From: an uncultured Candidatus Saccharibacteria bacterium
GTDB lineage: Bacteria; Patescibacteriota; Minisyncoccia; Phycocordibacterales; UBA5272
Length of the DNA stretch: 48,264 nt
Reading direction: 5' to 3'
NCBI GenBank assembly: GCA_964348675.1
Contig: CAYGDF010000001.1
Location: forward strand, 7,199 to 55,462
Made by a program: the position numbers and the translations under genes. Below, piece after piece: positions 17,536-28,173 of this stretch (the first letter of the stretch is position 1; each line of letters opens with the position of its first letter). The notes beneath the pieces were generated by a model that was not told the DNA's origin, did no database searches, and saw only the letters and a list, made by a program, of their open reading frames with translations.

Positions 17536-18615
17536 ATGTATAAAAGACTATCTTCTCTAACAAAACACACGGCACATTTAACTACGATTATTTTTCTTGC
17601 CGGATTTTTGTTTGATGCTTTTTTGCTACCAGACATAGAAGATCCGATAGCGAGATATGTTGGTTTCGGATATTTGTTTTTAATTGGACTCCTTATCATG
17701 TTTCGAGAGTGGGTGGTGTCACGAAACACAGCAAGTGAGTTTGAACAAAAAGTTTACTCATTTGCCACTTTCGGCATTTCTTACTTTTCTGGTTCTGCGT
17801 TATCGTTTGTTTTTATATTTGCTATACGTAGCGCTCAACTGTCTGTTTCTTGGCCACTATTTTTAATTTTGCTTCTTTGTATCTTTGCAAATGAATTTGT
17901 ATCTACACATGATTTTAGATTCGCTTTAGACATAGGGGTTCTGTTAACTGCACTTTTATTCTTTGTAATATTTAATGCACCACTTTGGTTAAAGGTTCAA
18001 AATGATACAACCTTCGCCTTAGCTGTTGGCATCACTGTTTTAATATCTGTCACTTATATTTATTTACTGAAATTTTCTTCCGAGAATGCTCTTTTTCAAG
18101 CACCGCGTGGATACGCCTTGGCCGTTGGAATTCCAATGTTTGTGGCTATGCTTTATTTTCTAAACGTAATGCCAGCAGTACCTCTTTCACTTAAAGATGC
18201 CGGTGTTTATCATAATGTGATTAGAAACGGTGAAGGAGATTTTATCGCTCAAAAAGAAAGAGATGACAGAAAGTGGGCAAAATACCGCACACCGATTTAT
18301 CATTTAATGCCCGTAGATGATGGCGTCTTCTTTTTTAGTGCCGTAAACGCTCCAGCAGAATTAACCGCCCCTATTTCATACGTTTGGGAATATTATGACA
18401 ATGAAAAAAAGAAATGGTTTACATCTGGCGTGCCAATTTCTTTTACTTTAGAAGGTGGCAGAGAAGACGGTTATAGAGCGTACTCTCAAAAGCAAAATAT
18501 AACTGAAGGTTTGTGGCGAGTTACAGTTAAAGTTGGTAATAAGCGTGTCATCGGTAGGGTAAAATTTTTAGTGACAAGAGAAGGTGTGCCGGAGGTAAAT
18601 GAAGTTAAACTCTAG
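17536..18615 (+). CDS. Polytopic membrane protein with a C-terminal soluble beta domain
   Basis: Six to seven TM helices in the N-terminal 220 aa, then a Trp/Tyr-rich domain (YVWEYYDNEKKKWF...GLWRVTVKV). Confidence 0.55.
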   Translation: MYKRLSSLTKHTAHLTTIIFLAGFLFDAFLLPDIEDPIARYVGFGYLFLIGLLIMFREWVVSRNTASEFEQKVYSFATFGISYFSGSALSFVFIFAIRSAQLSVSWPLFLILLLCIFANEFVSTHDFRFALDIGVLLTALLFFVIFNAPLWLKVQNDTTFALAVGITVLISVTYIYLLKFSSENALFQAPRGYALAVGIPMFVAMLYFLNVMPAVPLSLKDAGVYHNVIRNGEGDFIAQKERDDRKWAKYRTPIYHLMPVDDGVFFFSAVNAPAELTAPISYVWEYYDNEKKKWFTSGVPISFTLEGGREDGYRAYSQKQNITEGLWRVTVKVGNKRVIGRVKFLVTREGVPEVNEVKL

Positions 18616-18617
18616 AA

Positions 18618-19505
18618 TTATTTTACCTTACACAAAGTTTTAAGATCTCGCACATCATCTTCACTTAAAGTAAGTGTACTACTTTGGTTTAGTGAATACA
18701 TAATAGAAATCGGATTACTATTGTGATTTACTCCTAACGCGTGACCTAATTCATGAGCCAGCACACGATTTAGTTTGTTTTGAGTACTGTACTCATAAAT
18801 ATTTATAGTGTTTGTAGTCGGGTCATAAGAACCTTCTTGGAATTCTTGTCCGGCAGTTTGATTGATTGTATCTATGTTGGCGTTCGCTGTTTGAACAAGC
18901 AAATTATATTTATTTATAAAAACATTAACTTTTTCAGCAGTATTATTTAAAATTACCCCTTTCTTTTCCAAGGTTTGCTGTTCTGTTAAAAGATTTTGTC
19001 TCTCAGTTTGTAATTTATTATATTCATCAGATGGCGCGCCACCACGCTCGTTCCAGTACGTTACTTTTTCAGAATAAGCATCACGCTCTATCTGGAATTT
19101 ATATAATTCAGCATTGTATATCTGTTTATCTCTCTCTAGATCTGCCAGCAACCCTTCATATTCCTCTTTTACAGAACCAGCCAGTTTACTTATCTTGTCT
19201 ACGTCGGCCTTTAACACCTGATTTTGTTGGGTTGTTTTTTGTCTTTCGTCATAAATTAAATTCAGAGCCAACTCTCCATTGGGATTATAAACAAAAAGTT
19301 CCTTACCTAAAGGATTTGCCCAAATATCAGCCGCTTCTTTAATTGAAGATATTAATTTGGCTTCAGATAATTTGAATCCAGGATCAACTTTTCCTATTTT
19401 ATATGAGATAGGGGAGTCACAAGGATTTGTGTTTATAAAATTAAAATAAAAAACAACAGCAATAATACCTGCTACCCACCATAGATTTTTCCCAATGAAG
19501 TTCAT
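18618..19505 (-). CDS. Membrane-anchored matrixin-like (M10) zinc metalloprotease with a coiled-coil insert
   Basis: HELGHALGVNH (HExxHxxGxxH) followed by a Met-turn (SIMY). N-terminal TM WWVAGIIAVVFYF. I prefer the ATG at 19505, since the track start at 19541 is TTG. Confidence 0.75.
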   Translation of the reverse strand: MNFIGKNLWWVAGIIAVVFYFNFINTNPCDSPISYKIGKVDPGFKLSEAKLISSIKEAADIWANPLGKELFVYNPNGELALNLIYDERQKTTQQNQVLKADVDKISKLAGSVKEEYEGLLADLERDKQIYNAELYKFQIERDAYSEKVTYWNERGGAPSDEYNKLQTERQNLLTEQQTLEKKGVILNNTAEKVNVFINKYNLLVQTANANIDTINQTAGQEFQEGSYDPTTNTINIYEYSTQNKLNRVLAHELGHALGVNHNSNPISIMYSLNQSSTLTLSEDDVRDLKTLCKVK

Positions 19506-19545
19506 ACTCCTAGTATTTATTACATTACCTAGTATTGTCAACCGA

Positions 19546-20244
19546 TTATTTCCCCCACTCTTTTATACTGGCGGCTTCTCTTTCTACTTTAGAGGCCTTT
19601 CTGATATATTTCTGATTCTTCTTGGGAATAATCGACTCATGCTTCATATCAAAAATAGTTTCTGCTATTTTCCATAAATCTGTCTTTGCGTTTATCCAAT
19701 TCTTTCCGAATCTGTTTAAGTTAATCGGTCGGGAAAAACCGACTAATGTTTTTTCACCGTTTTTAGTCAAAAAGTATTCGTGGAAATAAGATAAAGCCAA
19801 CTCACGGATGGTTTTATATATAGGATCTCTATACCTAAGTACTGCGTGGTTAGTTTTACTGATTGCACCCCAGTAACCATTTCTTTTATACAAAGCGACA
19901 ACGTGGTCATAATCTTCTCCTTTAACTTTCAAACTCATAACAAGTGGCTTCTGTCCTGTTTCTTTGAGTGCCGCAGCGGCTAACATCGCACCCTCTATAC
20001 AATGCGCTTTCTTCTCTTTAAGAACGGATTCTGGTGACATGCAAGTTTCGCCATTCTTTTCATAGTTGAAAGGAATAGAATCCAAGTAGGTTTGGATTTT
20101 TTCAGGCGTATTTAATTTCTGAAATGGTTTAACCATAAAACGTGGAGATAATATCCAGTATACGCTATCGGGATTACCGAACCAGTAAAACTCCTCCATA
20201 AAGAGGGTTTCTGTTGGTTTGTTATTTACAGAAACATTAGCCAT
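19546..20244 (-). CDS. Hypothetical protein, possibly a transglutaminase-like Cys-His-Asp fold
   Basis: KKAHCIEGAMLAAAAL ... DHVVALYK suggests a papain/transglutaminase-like triad. This is weak. Confidence 0.35.
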   Translation of the reverse strand: MANVSVNNKPTETLFMEEFYWFGNPDSVYWILSPRFMVKPFQKLNTPEKIQTYLDSIPFNYEKNGETCMSPESVLKEKKAHCIEGAMLAAAALKETGQKPLVMSLKVKGEDYDHVVALYKRNGYWGAISKTNHAVLRYRDPIYKTIRELALSYFHEYFLTKNGEKTLVGFSRPINLNRFGKNWINAKTDLWKIAETIFDMKHESIIPKKNQKYIRKASKVEREAASIKEWGK

Positions 20245-20755
20245 TTTCTTGGTATTGTCTTACTTCTACTGCTCCGTGAGTTAGGAAAATATCCTGCACG
20301 CTTGAAGGTGCGCCGTGACATACAATTAATACATCACCTTCACGGACATGTTTTTCGTATAGTTCTACATCGTCTTTAGAGACTCCTAACTTTGTTAGGG
20401 CTCCTATGAGTCCACCAGCCACTGCCCCCGTAGCAGCGCCAGCCGCTGTCGTTGCCAAAGCGCCAGTGAGACCTAGGGCTGTAGCAAGCGGACCAGCAAC
20501 AAACAATGTCCCCAATCCCGGAAGGACGCCATTTGCTACAACAAGACCAGCGAGACCGCCGACTACAGCACCCGTAGTCACACCACTGGCCGCTCCGGCG
20601 CCAACCTTTTCGCCAGTTTGCGAGTCTTTAATATCCCCGTCTATGTTTTTATATACGTAAGATAGTTCTTTCTCACCCACACCGAAATCTCTAAGTTCCC
20701 TAAGTGCGTTCTCCGCATTACCGTGGTTAGTAAAGATGCCAATTGTTGTAATCAT
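20237..20755 (-). CDS. YflT-like general stress protein with a glycine-zipper segment
   Basis: N-terminal IGIFTNHGNAENALRELRDFGV, a central Gly/Ala zipper (GAGAASGVTTGAVVGGLAGL...) and a C-terminal LYEKHVREGDVLIV. Confidence 0.5.
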   Translation of the reverse strand: MITTIGIFTNHGNAENALRELRDFGVGEKELSYVYKNIDGDIKDSQTGEKVGAGAASGVTTGAVVGGLAGLVVANGVLPGLGTLFVAGPLATALGLTGALATTAAGAATGAVAGGLIGALTKLGVSKDDVELYEKHVREGDVLIVCHGAPSSVQDIFLTHGAVEVRQYQENG

Positions 20756-20905
20756 ATGTTTTTGAAAATTATTTTATTAAGAAGTACGCGCCCCATCAGA
20801 AATAGGTGCTAATACCATGACGGTTACAGATACTTTTACTTACAAAATATATCTGTAAGATTATCCAACAATGTACGTCGTAAAAAGTACTTAAGAAGAA
20901 ATATT

Positions 20906-21394
20906 ATGAAAGCGATGAAATCTATCCTATTCTCAAAAAATTACTCTATTATCATGATAGTTTTCTCATTAACTTTACCACTTGCCTATGCAACCACAGA
21001 GACTAAAGGGGTAGGGGGAGATTTAAATAGTGTTACATCAAATTTACAGAACAGTACAACTACTTTATTTATTTCAACCAGTACGCTAGAAACTTTGAAC
21101 ATTGTTACTGGACCAACATTTGGTACCGAAATAAAAGTTAGAAAAGGGAAAATAATTAATATAAATACCACAGAAAATTCATTCCTATTTAAAATGGCTA
21201 GTTCCACTGTAAAAGTTTTTTATGATGCGACTTCTACTTTTTTAACTGGAAATGAAGAACAGATACAGATTGATGACATAGACACAGATTTTATGGTTTA
21301 TGTTTTTGGGTATATTAAAAGTGACAAAACAGAAATTTTAGCATCTAAGGTTGTACAGGCCAACAAAAGCAGGTTTTTGACTTTAAGACGTTAA
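20906..21394 (+). CDS. Secreted hypothetical protein
   Basis: Signal peptide (IIMIVFSLTLPLAYA). 162 aa. Confidence 0.5.
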   Translation: MKAMKSILFSKNYSIIMIVFSLTLPLAYATTETKGVGGDLNSVTSNLQNSTTTLFISTSTLETLNIVTGPTFGTEIKVRKGKIININTTENSFLFKMASSTVKVFYDATSTFLTGNEEQIQIDDIDTDFMVYVFGYIKSDKTEILASKVVQANKSRFLTLRR

Positions 21395-22107
21395 GATATT
21401 TCTTCGAGTTTTTTGTGTATATGTTCATCTTCTTTTGGGTAAGTTCTTTTATCTCGCACGAAACTATTTTTGATATTTTGAATAAATCTCTTTTTGGAAA
21501 CTATCCTTTCTAACCAGGCCACTAGAAATAGAGTAATTAACGACCCAATCATCGCCACAAAGAGATCTTTCGTTGCGTCAAAGGGATCACTTCCTCCTAT
21601 AAATAAATAGCCGACATCGGGATTGTATTTAAGCACGGTTATCCATTCATATATTTCATAAAAAGTACCTAAAGTTATAATAGCCATAAAAGGGGATAGA
21701 TAACTCCAAAAACCTTTCATCTTGGCAATTCTTAGAAACATTTCACGCAGAGGATAAACTATCAATAACCCGAAGGAAAAGTGAACTATTTTATCGTAGA
21801 GGTTATTACTAGTTTCAAATATTGTCCCCAGTGTTGTTCCAAAAGGAACAGAGCCGTAATCATAATGAGCCCCCACGAGATGAAGTAATGTGAAAAGAGT
21901 AACCAATGTTAGTGATAATTTAGAAAATTTTATGTACCAAATGAAAAGAAAATATATAAATGGAGCCGAAAAGAAGACAGCCTTGTTTTCTAGTAACCAA
22001 TTATCTTGGTGGGTTGGATTCCACATGGACCATCCCCAAAACAGAAGAAAAACTACAAGCAATAGAATCTTATAGTATCTATCGAAGTTATTCTTTTTTT
22101 CGTTCAT
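21391..22107 (-). CDS. Polytopic membrane protein (DUF2238/YjdF-like, recall-level)
   Basis: 238 aa with six to seven hydrophobic helices. Confidence 0.45.
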   Translation of the reverse strand: MNEKKNNFDRYYKILLLVVFLLFWGWSMWNPTHQDNWLLENKAVFFSAPFIYFLFIWYIKFSKLSLTLVTLFTLLHLVGAHYDYGSVPFGTTLGTIFETSNNLYDKIVHFSFGLLIVYPLREMFLRIAKMKGFWSYLSPFMAIITLGTFYEIYEWITVLKYNPDVGYLFIGGSDPFDATKDLFVAMIGSLITLFLVAWLERIVSKKRFIQNIKNSFVRDKRTYPKEDEHIHKKLEEIS

Positions 22108-22211
22108 ACCACAAGAGACGTATCTAGTAACCCAATTGTTACAGACTGTAAATTAGGATTTTTTCTTGGAAACGGTTTTCTTTTTACTTATTCCGTTATT
22201 TAACTTATTGA

Positions 22212-22643
22212 TTAGTCTAATTTAATTCCTAAGTTTTTTAGTGTCCAAGTTTTTCCCGGGCCATGTGCAATCATAAAAAGAAAACCAGCAATCATAACAA
22301 AATGGTCTACGAAAAATCCAAACTCATTTGGATTATAGTTCCAAAGAGACGGCCCATGAAAGGCAAACGCTAGGAATATAACGTAAGCAGACAGCAGAAG
22401 AGATGCTCCTCTAAAAAATACTCCAACAACTATGCATAAACCAAGCACTAACTCAAATATCGCAGCAAGCCATGTAAGTAGTTTAGGTAGAGGAAAACCT
22501 ACCGAAGTAATGTAAAGAGCGGTGCTGTCAATATCACTAAACTTCATGTAAGCTGCCATCAAGAAGATTCCACCCATTATTAATCTAGCCAAAAGTAATC
22601 CGTGAGTTCTCCAGAAAACGTTTTCAGTAATTACTCTTATCAT
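22212..22643 (-). CDS. DoxX-family membrane protein
   Basis: LLARLIMGGIFLMAAYMKF and a four-TM layout typical of DoxX. Confidence 0.65.
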   Translation of the reverse strand: MIRVITENVFWRTHGLLLARLIMGGIFLMAAYMKFSDIDSTALYITSVGFPLPKLLTWLAAIFELVLGLCIVVGVFFRGASLLLSAYVIFLAFAFHGPSLWNYNPNEFGFFVDHFVMIAGFLFMIAHGPGKTWTLKNLGIKLD

Positions 22644-22655
22644 AAATTTATTTCG

Positions 22656-23207
22656 TTAATTCCCAATATTTATCGGAAGTGAAACAGAAGCATCTTTCTC
22701 AGCGAGGCCTGATGGATTGTCTTTGTTTAAAGTAACGGTCGCTGGCCCTGTGTAGCTTCCAGGTATTTTAATGTCAATTTTAAAAGGAACAAAATCTGGG
22801 GTCATCCAATCAGACTGGGCTTGTGCCGGCCCTTGGAACAAAACTATGCCATTATTATCCGTAACCACGACTGGGAAAGAAGCTTCGAAATACCACGTTC
22901 CTCTTGCGGTGCCTGTTATGCCGAAATTATTTGTAACTTTTGCACCTGGTCTAGGTGATGATACCTTAATTAGATCATCTGTTGCGTTAACATATTTCAT
23001 CTCTACTTTCAGTGCCTCTGTAAAAGTAATGCCACCAGAAGTTCTACATTGTCTCGGATAACTTTCTATAACAGGGTATCCAGCAGTTACACACTCCTCA
23101 AAAGAGTTCGCTATAATGATATTGGGTTTATTTATGACTGAATAATAAAGCGCCCAACCTACGAGAAGAACCACGACCACAGTGATAGCAATTGTTGTTT
23201 TTTTCAT
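22656..23207 (-). CDS. Secreted Gmad2-like immunoglobulin-fold protein
   Basis: N-terminal anchor. ITGTARGTWYFEASFPVVVTDNNGIVLFQGPAQAQSDWMT..FVPF matches the Gmad2 pattern (recall-level). Confidence 0.5.
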   Translation of the reverse strand: MKKTTIAITVVVVLLVGWALYYSVINKPNIIIANSFEECVTAGYPVIESYPRQCRTSGGITFTEALKVEMKYVNATDDLIKVSSPRPGAKVTNNFGITGTARGTWYFEASFPVVVTDNNGIVLFQGPAQAQSDWMTPDFVPFKIDIKIPGSYTGPATVTLNKDNPSGLAEKDASVSLPINIGN

Positions 23208-23229
23208 ATATTTAGTATATCAAATTTAG

Positions 23230-23874
23230 TTAAATAGAGTCCGCGCTACTTCCAGTAATCGGTATTTCTTCACCCAGATATTTCGGCACTCTTTTATATA
23301 CGATATCCATTACAGCCTTTATGTTGGCCAGTAACTCCCGCGCATTGTTTTTCACTGAATAAGTATGTTGGTCGGAAGGAAATCCGTAGGCTTCAATCCC
23401 CAACTTCCGAGCGATGAACACCGCTCGAGGTAAATGAAACGACTGAGTCACAATAATGGTTTTGTCGACAAGAAAAACTTCACGTGCGCGATACATGCTA
23501 CTGTATGTGTCAAAGCCAGCATGATCTAAAAAAATGTGTTCGCTCGGAATATTTTTTGACATCAAGTAATTTCTTGACGGATTAACCTCGTTATAAAAAG
23601 AACTTCCATCGTCTCCTGTAACCAAAATCACGTCAACTAAACCCTTTTCGTACAATTCCAATGTCCTATCCATTCTGTCTCTAAGTATTTCAGTTAATTC
23701 TCCGTTTTTTAGTACACCTGCACCTAAAACAATAGCAGTACGAACATGAGGGAGTTTTTCTCTATCTTGTGTTATGTACTGGTCAGATCCAAGCCTTATT
23801 ATCAGGTAGATAAGTGTTATAAAAAGGACCATAACAACACCAACACGCCAAATAATAAGAAAGAAAACCCTCAT
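23230..23874 (-). CDS. SanA/YdcF (DUF218) family protein
   Basis: N-terminal TM. AIVLGAGV, VTGDDGS and LDHAGFDTYSS motifs. Confidence 0.65.
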   Translation of the reverse strand: MRVFFLIIWRVGVVMVLFITLIYLIIRLGSDQYITQDREKLPHVRTAIVLGAGVLKNGELTEILRDRMDRTLELYEKGLVDVILVTGDDGSSFYNEVNPSRNYLMSKNIPSEHIFLDHAGFDTYSSMYRAREVFLVDKTIIVTQSFHLPRAVFIARKLGIEAYGFPSDQHTYSVKNNARELLANIKAVMDIVYKRVPKYLGEEIPITGSSADSI

Positions 23875-23933
23875 AGCACTGATGACGCACGGATAGGGGG
23901 TATTCTTACTTAGATTTCAGTGCGTAATCGGTT

Positions 23934-24323
23934 TTACATTAGGCTCGATTTATATTTTTCAGGATAGTGGGCACCCAAAACAACATACTCGATATTTATT
24001 TTTTCTAACTCATCGGCGATTCCTTGTTGATCATACCCCAAGATTATAATGTCTGGCTTTTCTTGCTTTAATACTGACCATTCTCCTAATTTAGAATCAC
24101 CCTCTATAACATTTAAATTGTGATTGGAATCTTTTACATTTTTTATTCGTTTATCCAGTGAGTCTTTTGGAGTGGTGTTTTTTAAAATTTTAGAAATTTC
24201 AGGTAACGTCACCACCACTGTTAGTTTTTCACACAAAGAAAATGCCTCTCTTAAAAAATGTTCATGTCCAAGGTGAAAGTTATCGAAAACTCCAAAGACA
24301 ATTCCTTTTGAGTACGGCTTCAT
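23934..24323 (-). CDS. Cytidylyltransferase-like nucleotidyltransferase (HxGH class)
   Basis: GVFDNFHLGHEHFL near the N-terminus. 129 aa. Confidence 0.6.
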   Translation of the reverse strand: MKPYSKGIVFGVFDNFHLGHEHFLREAFSLCEKLTVVVTLPEISKILKNTTPKDSLDKRIKNVKDSNHNLNVIEGDSKLGEWSVLKQEKPDIIILGYDQQGIADELEKINIEYVVLGAHYPEKYKSSLM

Positions 24324-24331
24324 TTTTTAAC

Positions 24332-24499
24332 CTATGCTCCAAAAATCGGGGCAAAGAAAATACCCAAGTAGTATGGCCACAAAAGGACAGCAAACAGACC
24401 CTTAACAAAGGTTAAATGTAGAAATCCTATAGTGAATAACCAGCCCCCCAACCAAATCCCACCAGATAATGTGTTGTTAGTTATATTTATTTTTTCCAT
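24332..24499 (-). CDS. Possible small two-TM membrane protein (55 aa)
   Basis: An ATG..TAG ORF below the track cutoff: MEKINITNNTLSGGIWLGGWLFTIGFLHLTFVKGLFAVLLWPYYLGIFFAPIFGA. It ends 8 nt before the start of 23934..24323 on the same strand. Confidence 0.4.
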   Translation of the reverse strand: MEKINITNNTLSGGIWLGGWLFTIGFLHLTFVKGLFAVLLWPYYLGIFFAPIFGA

Positions 24500-24549
24500 T
24501 TATTAAGTGTACCACTTTGTAGATCTAAAATCTTTATTAACTTATCAAC

Positions 24550-24578
24550 TTGACTATACCCCCTAGGGGGTATATAAT
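24550..24578 (+). promoter_or_regulatory. Sigma70-type promoter (TTGACT-17-TATAAT) with a 20-bp CsoR-type operator palindrome (24555..24574) in the spacer
   Basis: TTGACT at 24550-24555, TATAAT at 24573-24578, and the perfect palindrome TATACCCCCTAGGGGGTATA at 24555-24574. The csoR ATG at 24586 is only 7 nt after the -10 box. Confidence 0.75.
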
Positions 24579-24585
24579 TAAGAGT

Positions 24586-24849
24586 ATGCAAAATAATAAT
24601 CCGAAATTAATACGCAGATTAAAAATAATAGAGGGTCAGGTGCGGGGAATCAGAGAAATGGTTGAACGTGGCGAATACTGTATAGATGTCATTACCCAGA
24701 GTTCAGCCATTAAGCAAGGTCTTTCTAATGTCGAAGATCTTCTACTTGAAGGTCATCTTTCTACTTGCGTGGTTAAACAGATTAAAAAGGGTGATACGGA
24801 AAAGGCTGTAAATGAAGTTCTTAAGGTTTATCAACTTAAAAGAAAATAA
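24586..24849 (+). CDS. csoR: CsoR-family copper-sensing repressor
   Basis: [39 protein letters not shown]...EGHLSTCV carries the conserved Cys/His/Cys ligands. I prefer the ATG at 24586, since the track start lies inside the promoter. Confidence 0.85.
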   Translation: MQNNNPKLIRRLKIIEGQVRGIREMVERGEYCIDVITQSSAIKQGLSNVEDLLLEGHLSTCVVKQIKKGDTEKAVNEVLKVYQLKRK

Positions 24850-24850
24850 C

Positions 24851-27160
24851 ATGCAAAATTCTCAAATCTATCGCGTTAAAGGTATGCACTGCGCCAGTTG
24901 TGCAAGCATTATTGAAAGAACATTAAAAAAAGTAGATGGTGTAGAAAATATTTCTGTAAACAGTGGTACAGAGAATGCGAAAATTTCTTTCGACCAAGCA
25001 AAGGCTAATATTTTAGATTTTAATAAAAAGTTAGAGCCCTTGGGATACACGCTAGTTGATTCGTCTATAAATATGCCGTCAGCAGGTGAAATGGGTATGA
25101 GTGAAGATGAACACAAATCTCACCTCGGATTAAGTCAGTCTAAATCTGAAAAATTAGAGGAAATTTCTACGATGAAAAAAAGTTTATTTGGCGCAATCCC
25201 AGTAGCGCTAATTAGTATTTTCATTATGGGGTGGGATATTTTCAGTAAATATAAACTAGTGGCGGAGATGTCTCCCACTGTAAGCACTTTTTTCCATCAC
25301 TTATTGCCAATTCTCGCTACGTACATCTTTGTGAGCATAGGTAAACCATACTTACTCGGTGTGTATAGATTTTTCAGATACGGAAAGGCTAATATGGATA
25401 CTTTGATTGGTTTAGGTACCTCCGTTGCTTTTATTTATAGTTTCATCGTGACGGCTTTTGAAAATGTTTTGAAACCATATTTAAACGTTGAATACAATTT
25501 TTATGATGTAACAATTATAGTTATTACATTTATTGCCCTTGGAAAGTTTTTAGAAGCACGTTCTAAATTAAAAACTGGCGACGCCATAGAGAAACTTCTT
25601 AATTTGCAAGCAAAAACCGCTCTTGTTATCCGGAACGGAAAAGAAGTTGAAATTAAAGCAGAACAGGTGGTGGTAGGAGATATAGTCATAGTAAAACCTG
25701 GACAAAAAATTCCAGTTGATGGAGAGGTGGTTGAGGGATTTTCTTACATTGATGAATCGATGATTACGGGGGAGCCAGTTCCTGTAGAAAAATCAATCGG
25801 AGCAAAAGTAGTGGCTGGAACGATAAACACGACGGGTACTTTTAATTTTAAAGCAACTAAGGTCGGCTCTGAGACGCTTTTATCTCACATAATAAAAATG
25901 GTGGAGGATGCCCAAGGAAGTAAAGCCCCGATTCAAGCCATGGCGGATAAAATATCGGCAGTCTTTGTTCCAATAGTTTTAGTCTTGTCTTTCGTATCGC
26001 TTGGAGCATGGCTTTATTTTGGAATTCCCGTTTTAGGTTTTTCTCAAGCACTATCCTACGGTTTAACTTCATTTGTTGGAATACTTGTTATTGCTTGCCC
26101 ATGTGCGCTGGGTCTTGCTACTCCAACTGCAATTATCGTGGGAGTTGGTAAAGGTGCAAAAGAAGGAATCCTTGTGAAGGATGCGGCGGCACTGGAAACA
26201 TTACACAAAGCAAACGTAATAGTAGTAGATAAAACTGGAACGATTACAAAAGGAAAGCCAGAACTTACAAATATAGAAATTAAAAGCGAAATGACGGAAG
26301 CGGAAGTTATTTCAATCTTGGCGACGCTTGAAAGTAAATCCGAACATCCGATTGCTAATGCGATTGTTAATTACGCAAAAGAAAATAATATAAACGTAGG
26401 CATCGTAAGTGATTTTGAAATCCTTAAAGGAAAAGGATTAAGAGCAAAAATAAATGAAGTGGAATATTTTGCTGGAAATATGAGGATGATTGCAGATCTA
26501 AATATAAAACATGACACTAAGTCTTTAGAAAGAGAAACGAAAAATGGTAAGACTCCAGTTTTACTTGCGACAAAAGATAAGCTTTTAGCAGTTGCTTATG
26601 TAACAGATCCGATTAAACCCGAAGCCATTGAGACTGTGAAGGCGTTGCATAAGTTAAACAAGAAAATAATAATGCTTACGGGGGATAACAAAAACACTGG
26701 CGAATATATCGCAAAACTTGTCGGAATAGACGAGGTAATCGCCGAAGTAATGCCAGAAGACAAACTAAATGTAATAAAAAACCTCCAATCTAACGGTAAA
26801 ATCGTGGCCATGGTAGGAGATGGCGTAAATGATGCTCCAGCACTTGCTCAGGCCAATATTGGGATTGCCATGGGCACTGGGACTGACGTGGCTATCGAAT
26901 CCGCTGGTATAACGCTTCTAGGTGGAGATATCTCTAAACTCGTTAAAGCAGTACGCCTATCGAAACTCACCATGAACGGGATAAAGCAGAATCTTTTCTG
27001 GGCATTCTTTTATAATGTCATAGGCATCCCTCTTGCTGGCGGTGCGTTTTATCCTGTGTTTGGTCTATTGCTGTCACCCGTCTTTGCCGGATTTGCTATG
27101 GCCATGTCATCGGTATCGGTTGTCTCTAACTCTTTAAGAATTAAAGCTAAAACTCTATAA
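24851..27160 (+). CDS. copA: Copper-translocating P1B-type ATPase
   Basis: N-terminal [16 protein letters not shown] motif ([12 protein letters not shown]), DKTGTIT, and [10 protein letters not shown]. The ATG at 24851 is 2 nt after the csoR stop. Confidence 0.92.
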   Translation: MQNSQIYRVKGMHCASCASIIERTLKKVDGVENISVNSGTENAKISFDQAKANILDFNKKLEPLGYTLVDSSINMPSAGEMGMSEDEHKSHLGLSQSKSEKLEEISTMKKSLFGAIPVALISIFIMGWDIFSKYKLVAEMSPTVSTFFHHLLPILATYIFVSIGKPYLLGVYRFFRYGKANMDTLIGLGTSVAFIYSFIVTAFENVLKPYLNVEYNFYDVTIIVITFIALGKFLEARSKLKTGDAIEKLLNLQAKTALVIRNGKEVEIKAEQVVVGDIVIVKPGQKIPVDGEVVEGFSYIDESMITGEPVPVEKSIGAKVVAGTINTTGTFNFKATKVGSETLLSHIIKMVEDAQGSKAPIQAMADKISAVFVPIVLVLSFVSLGAWLYFGIPVLGFSQALSYGLTSFVGILVIACPCALGLATPTAIIVGVGKGAKEGILVKDAAALETLHKANVIVVDKTGTITKGKPELTNIEIKSEMTEAEVISILATLESKSEHPIANAIVNYAKENNINVGIVSDFEILKGKGLRAKINEVEYFAGNMRMIADLNIKHDTKSLERETKNGKTPVLLATKDKLLAVAYVTDPIKPEAIETVKALHKLNKKIIMLTGDNKNTGEYIAKLVGIDEVIAEVMPEDKLNVIKNLQSNGKIVAMVGDGVNDAPALAQANIGIAMGTGTDVAIESAGITLLGGDISKLVKAVRLSKLTMNGIKQNLFWAFFYNVIGIPLAGGAFYPVFGLLLSPVFAGFAMAMSSVSVVSNSLRIKAKTL

Positions 27161-27163
27161 AAT

Positions 27164-28165
27164 ATGAAATCATACACTTTACACGTTTCTGGCACACATT
27201 GCGCTTCATGCAAAATATTGATAGAAGATATTTTAAGTGAGCAAGAAGGAATTTCAAATGTTAATGTTGATTTGAAAACTGAAACTGTTACTTTTGAAAC
27301 TGACAACGAGCAGAAAGGTTTGCTAAAGATTCTTAATGAAAAACTTCATAATCATAAATACTCTTTATCTTACGAAAAAGAAAACGTGGTTAATAGGAGT
27401 AAAAATGTTCTTTGGCAAGCACTCCCAATCGGTATAACTTTTCTAGTCTTATTTTTCGCATTACAAAAGTCAGGAATATTGAATTTCGGAATAGGCGGAC
27501 AAACAACGCCCACGACAAGTTTCTTAATCGGTCTTATCGCTTCGGTTTCTAGTTGTCTAGCCGTTGTCGGAGGATTAGTGCTTTCATTGTCCGCAAAGGT
27601 TGCAGAAGATGATAGTAAAGATAAAAAACCTTTTTATCTATTCCATTTCGGAAGACTGGCTGGCTTTGCGGTTCTCGGAGGAGTTTTAGGTCTAATTGGG
27701 GAAACTGTGGGTATTAATTATATATTTTCATCCATATTAGGACTGCTCGCTTCCGCGATTATGATAGTGCTCGGACTAAATTTAGTCGGGGTGTTTAAGA
27801 AAAATAAATTAACTCTACCTTCTGGAATTTTCAAGTTTTTTAGAAAAATAGAACATCAGGCACTCGCTCCACTACTACTTGGAGTTGGAACCTTCTTTCT
27901 TCCGTGTGGGTTTACCCAATCTATGCAGTTCTCAGCGCTTTCCAGTGGATCATTTACATCAGGATTACTAATTATGTTCTTCTTCGCTTTAGGAACACTA
28001 CCCGTGCTCGCACTTCTTTCATTCGGTTCAGTTTCTTTTGCGCACTCCAAACATGCACCACTCTTCTTTAAATCTGCCGGAATAGTGGTAATTGGACTTG
28101 GATTATTCTCACTTCTAGCCGGACTTGCGGGTTTGGGTGTTATTAATCCACTATTTAACATATAA
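27164..28165 (+). CDS. HMA domain fused to a TauE/SafE (DsbD_2-like) polytopic membrane protein
   Basis: N-terminal GTHCASCK heavy-metal-associated domain, then about seven TM helices. It follows copA after 3 nt. Confidence 0.6.
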   Translation: MKSYTLHVSGTHCASCKILIEDILSEQEGISNVNVDLKTETVTFETDNEQKGLLKILNEKLHNHKYSLSYEKENVVNRSKNVLWQALPIGITFLVLFFALQKSGILNFGIGGQTTPTTSFLIGLIASVSSCLAVVGGLVLSLSAKVAEDDSKDKKPFYLFHFGRLAGFAVLGGVLGLIGETVGINYIFSSILGLLASAIMIVLGLNLVGVFKKNKLTLPSGIFKFFRKIEHQALAPLLLGVGTFFLPCGFTQSMQFSALSSGSFTSGLLIMFFFALGTLPVLALLSFGSVSFAHSKHAPLFFKSAGIVVIGLGLFSLLAGLAGLGVINPLFNI

Positions 28166-28173
28166 TAAAATCT

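Noticed and set aside
20824-20857. A 9-bp inverted repeat (TTACAGATA/TATCTGTAA) in the divergent intergenic region, seen as a possible operator.
   Set aside because: By rough expectation, several 9-bp inverted repeats with spacers of 50 nt or less should occur by chance in 48 kb of AT-rich DNA. There is no adjacent regulator gene.
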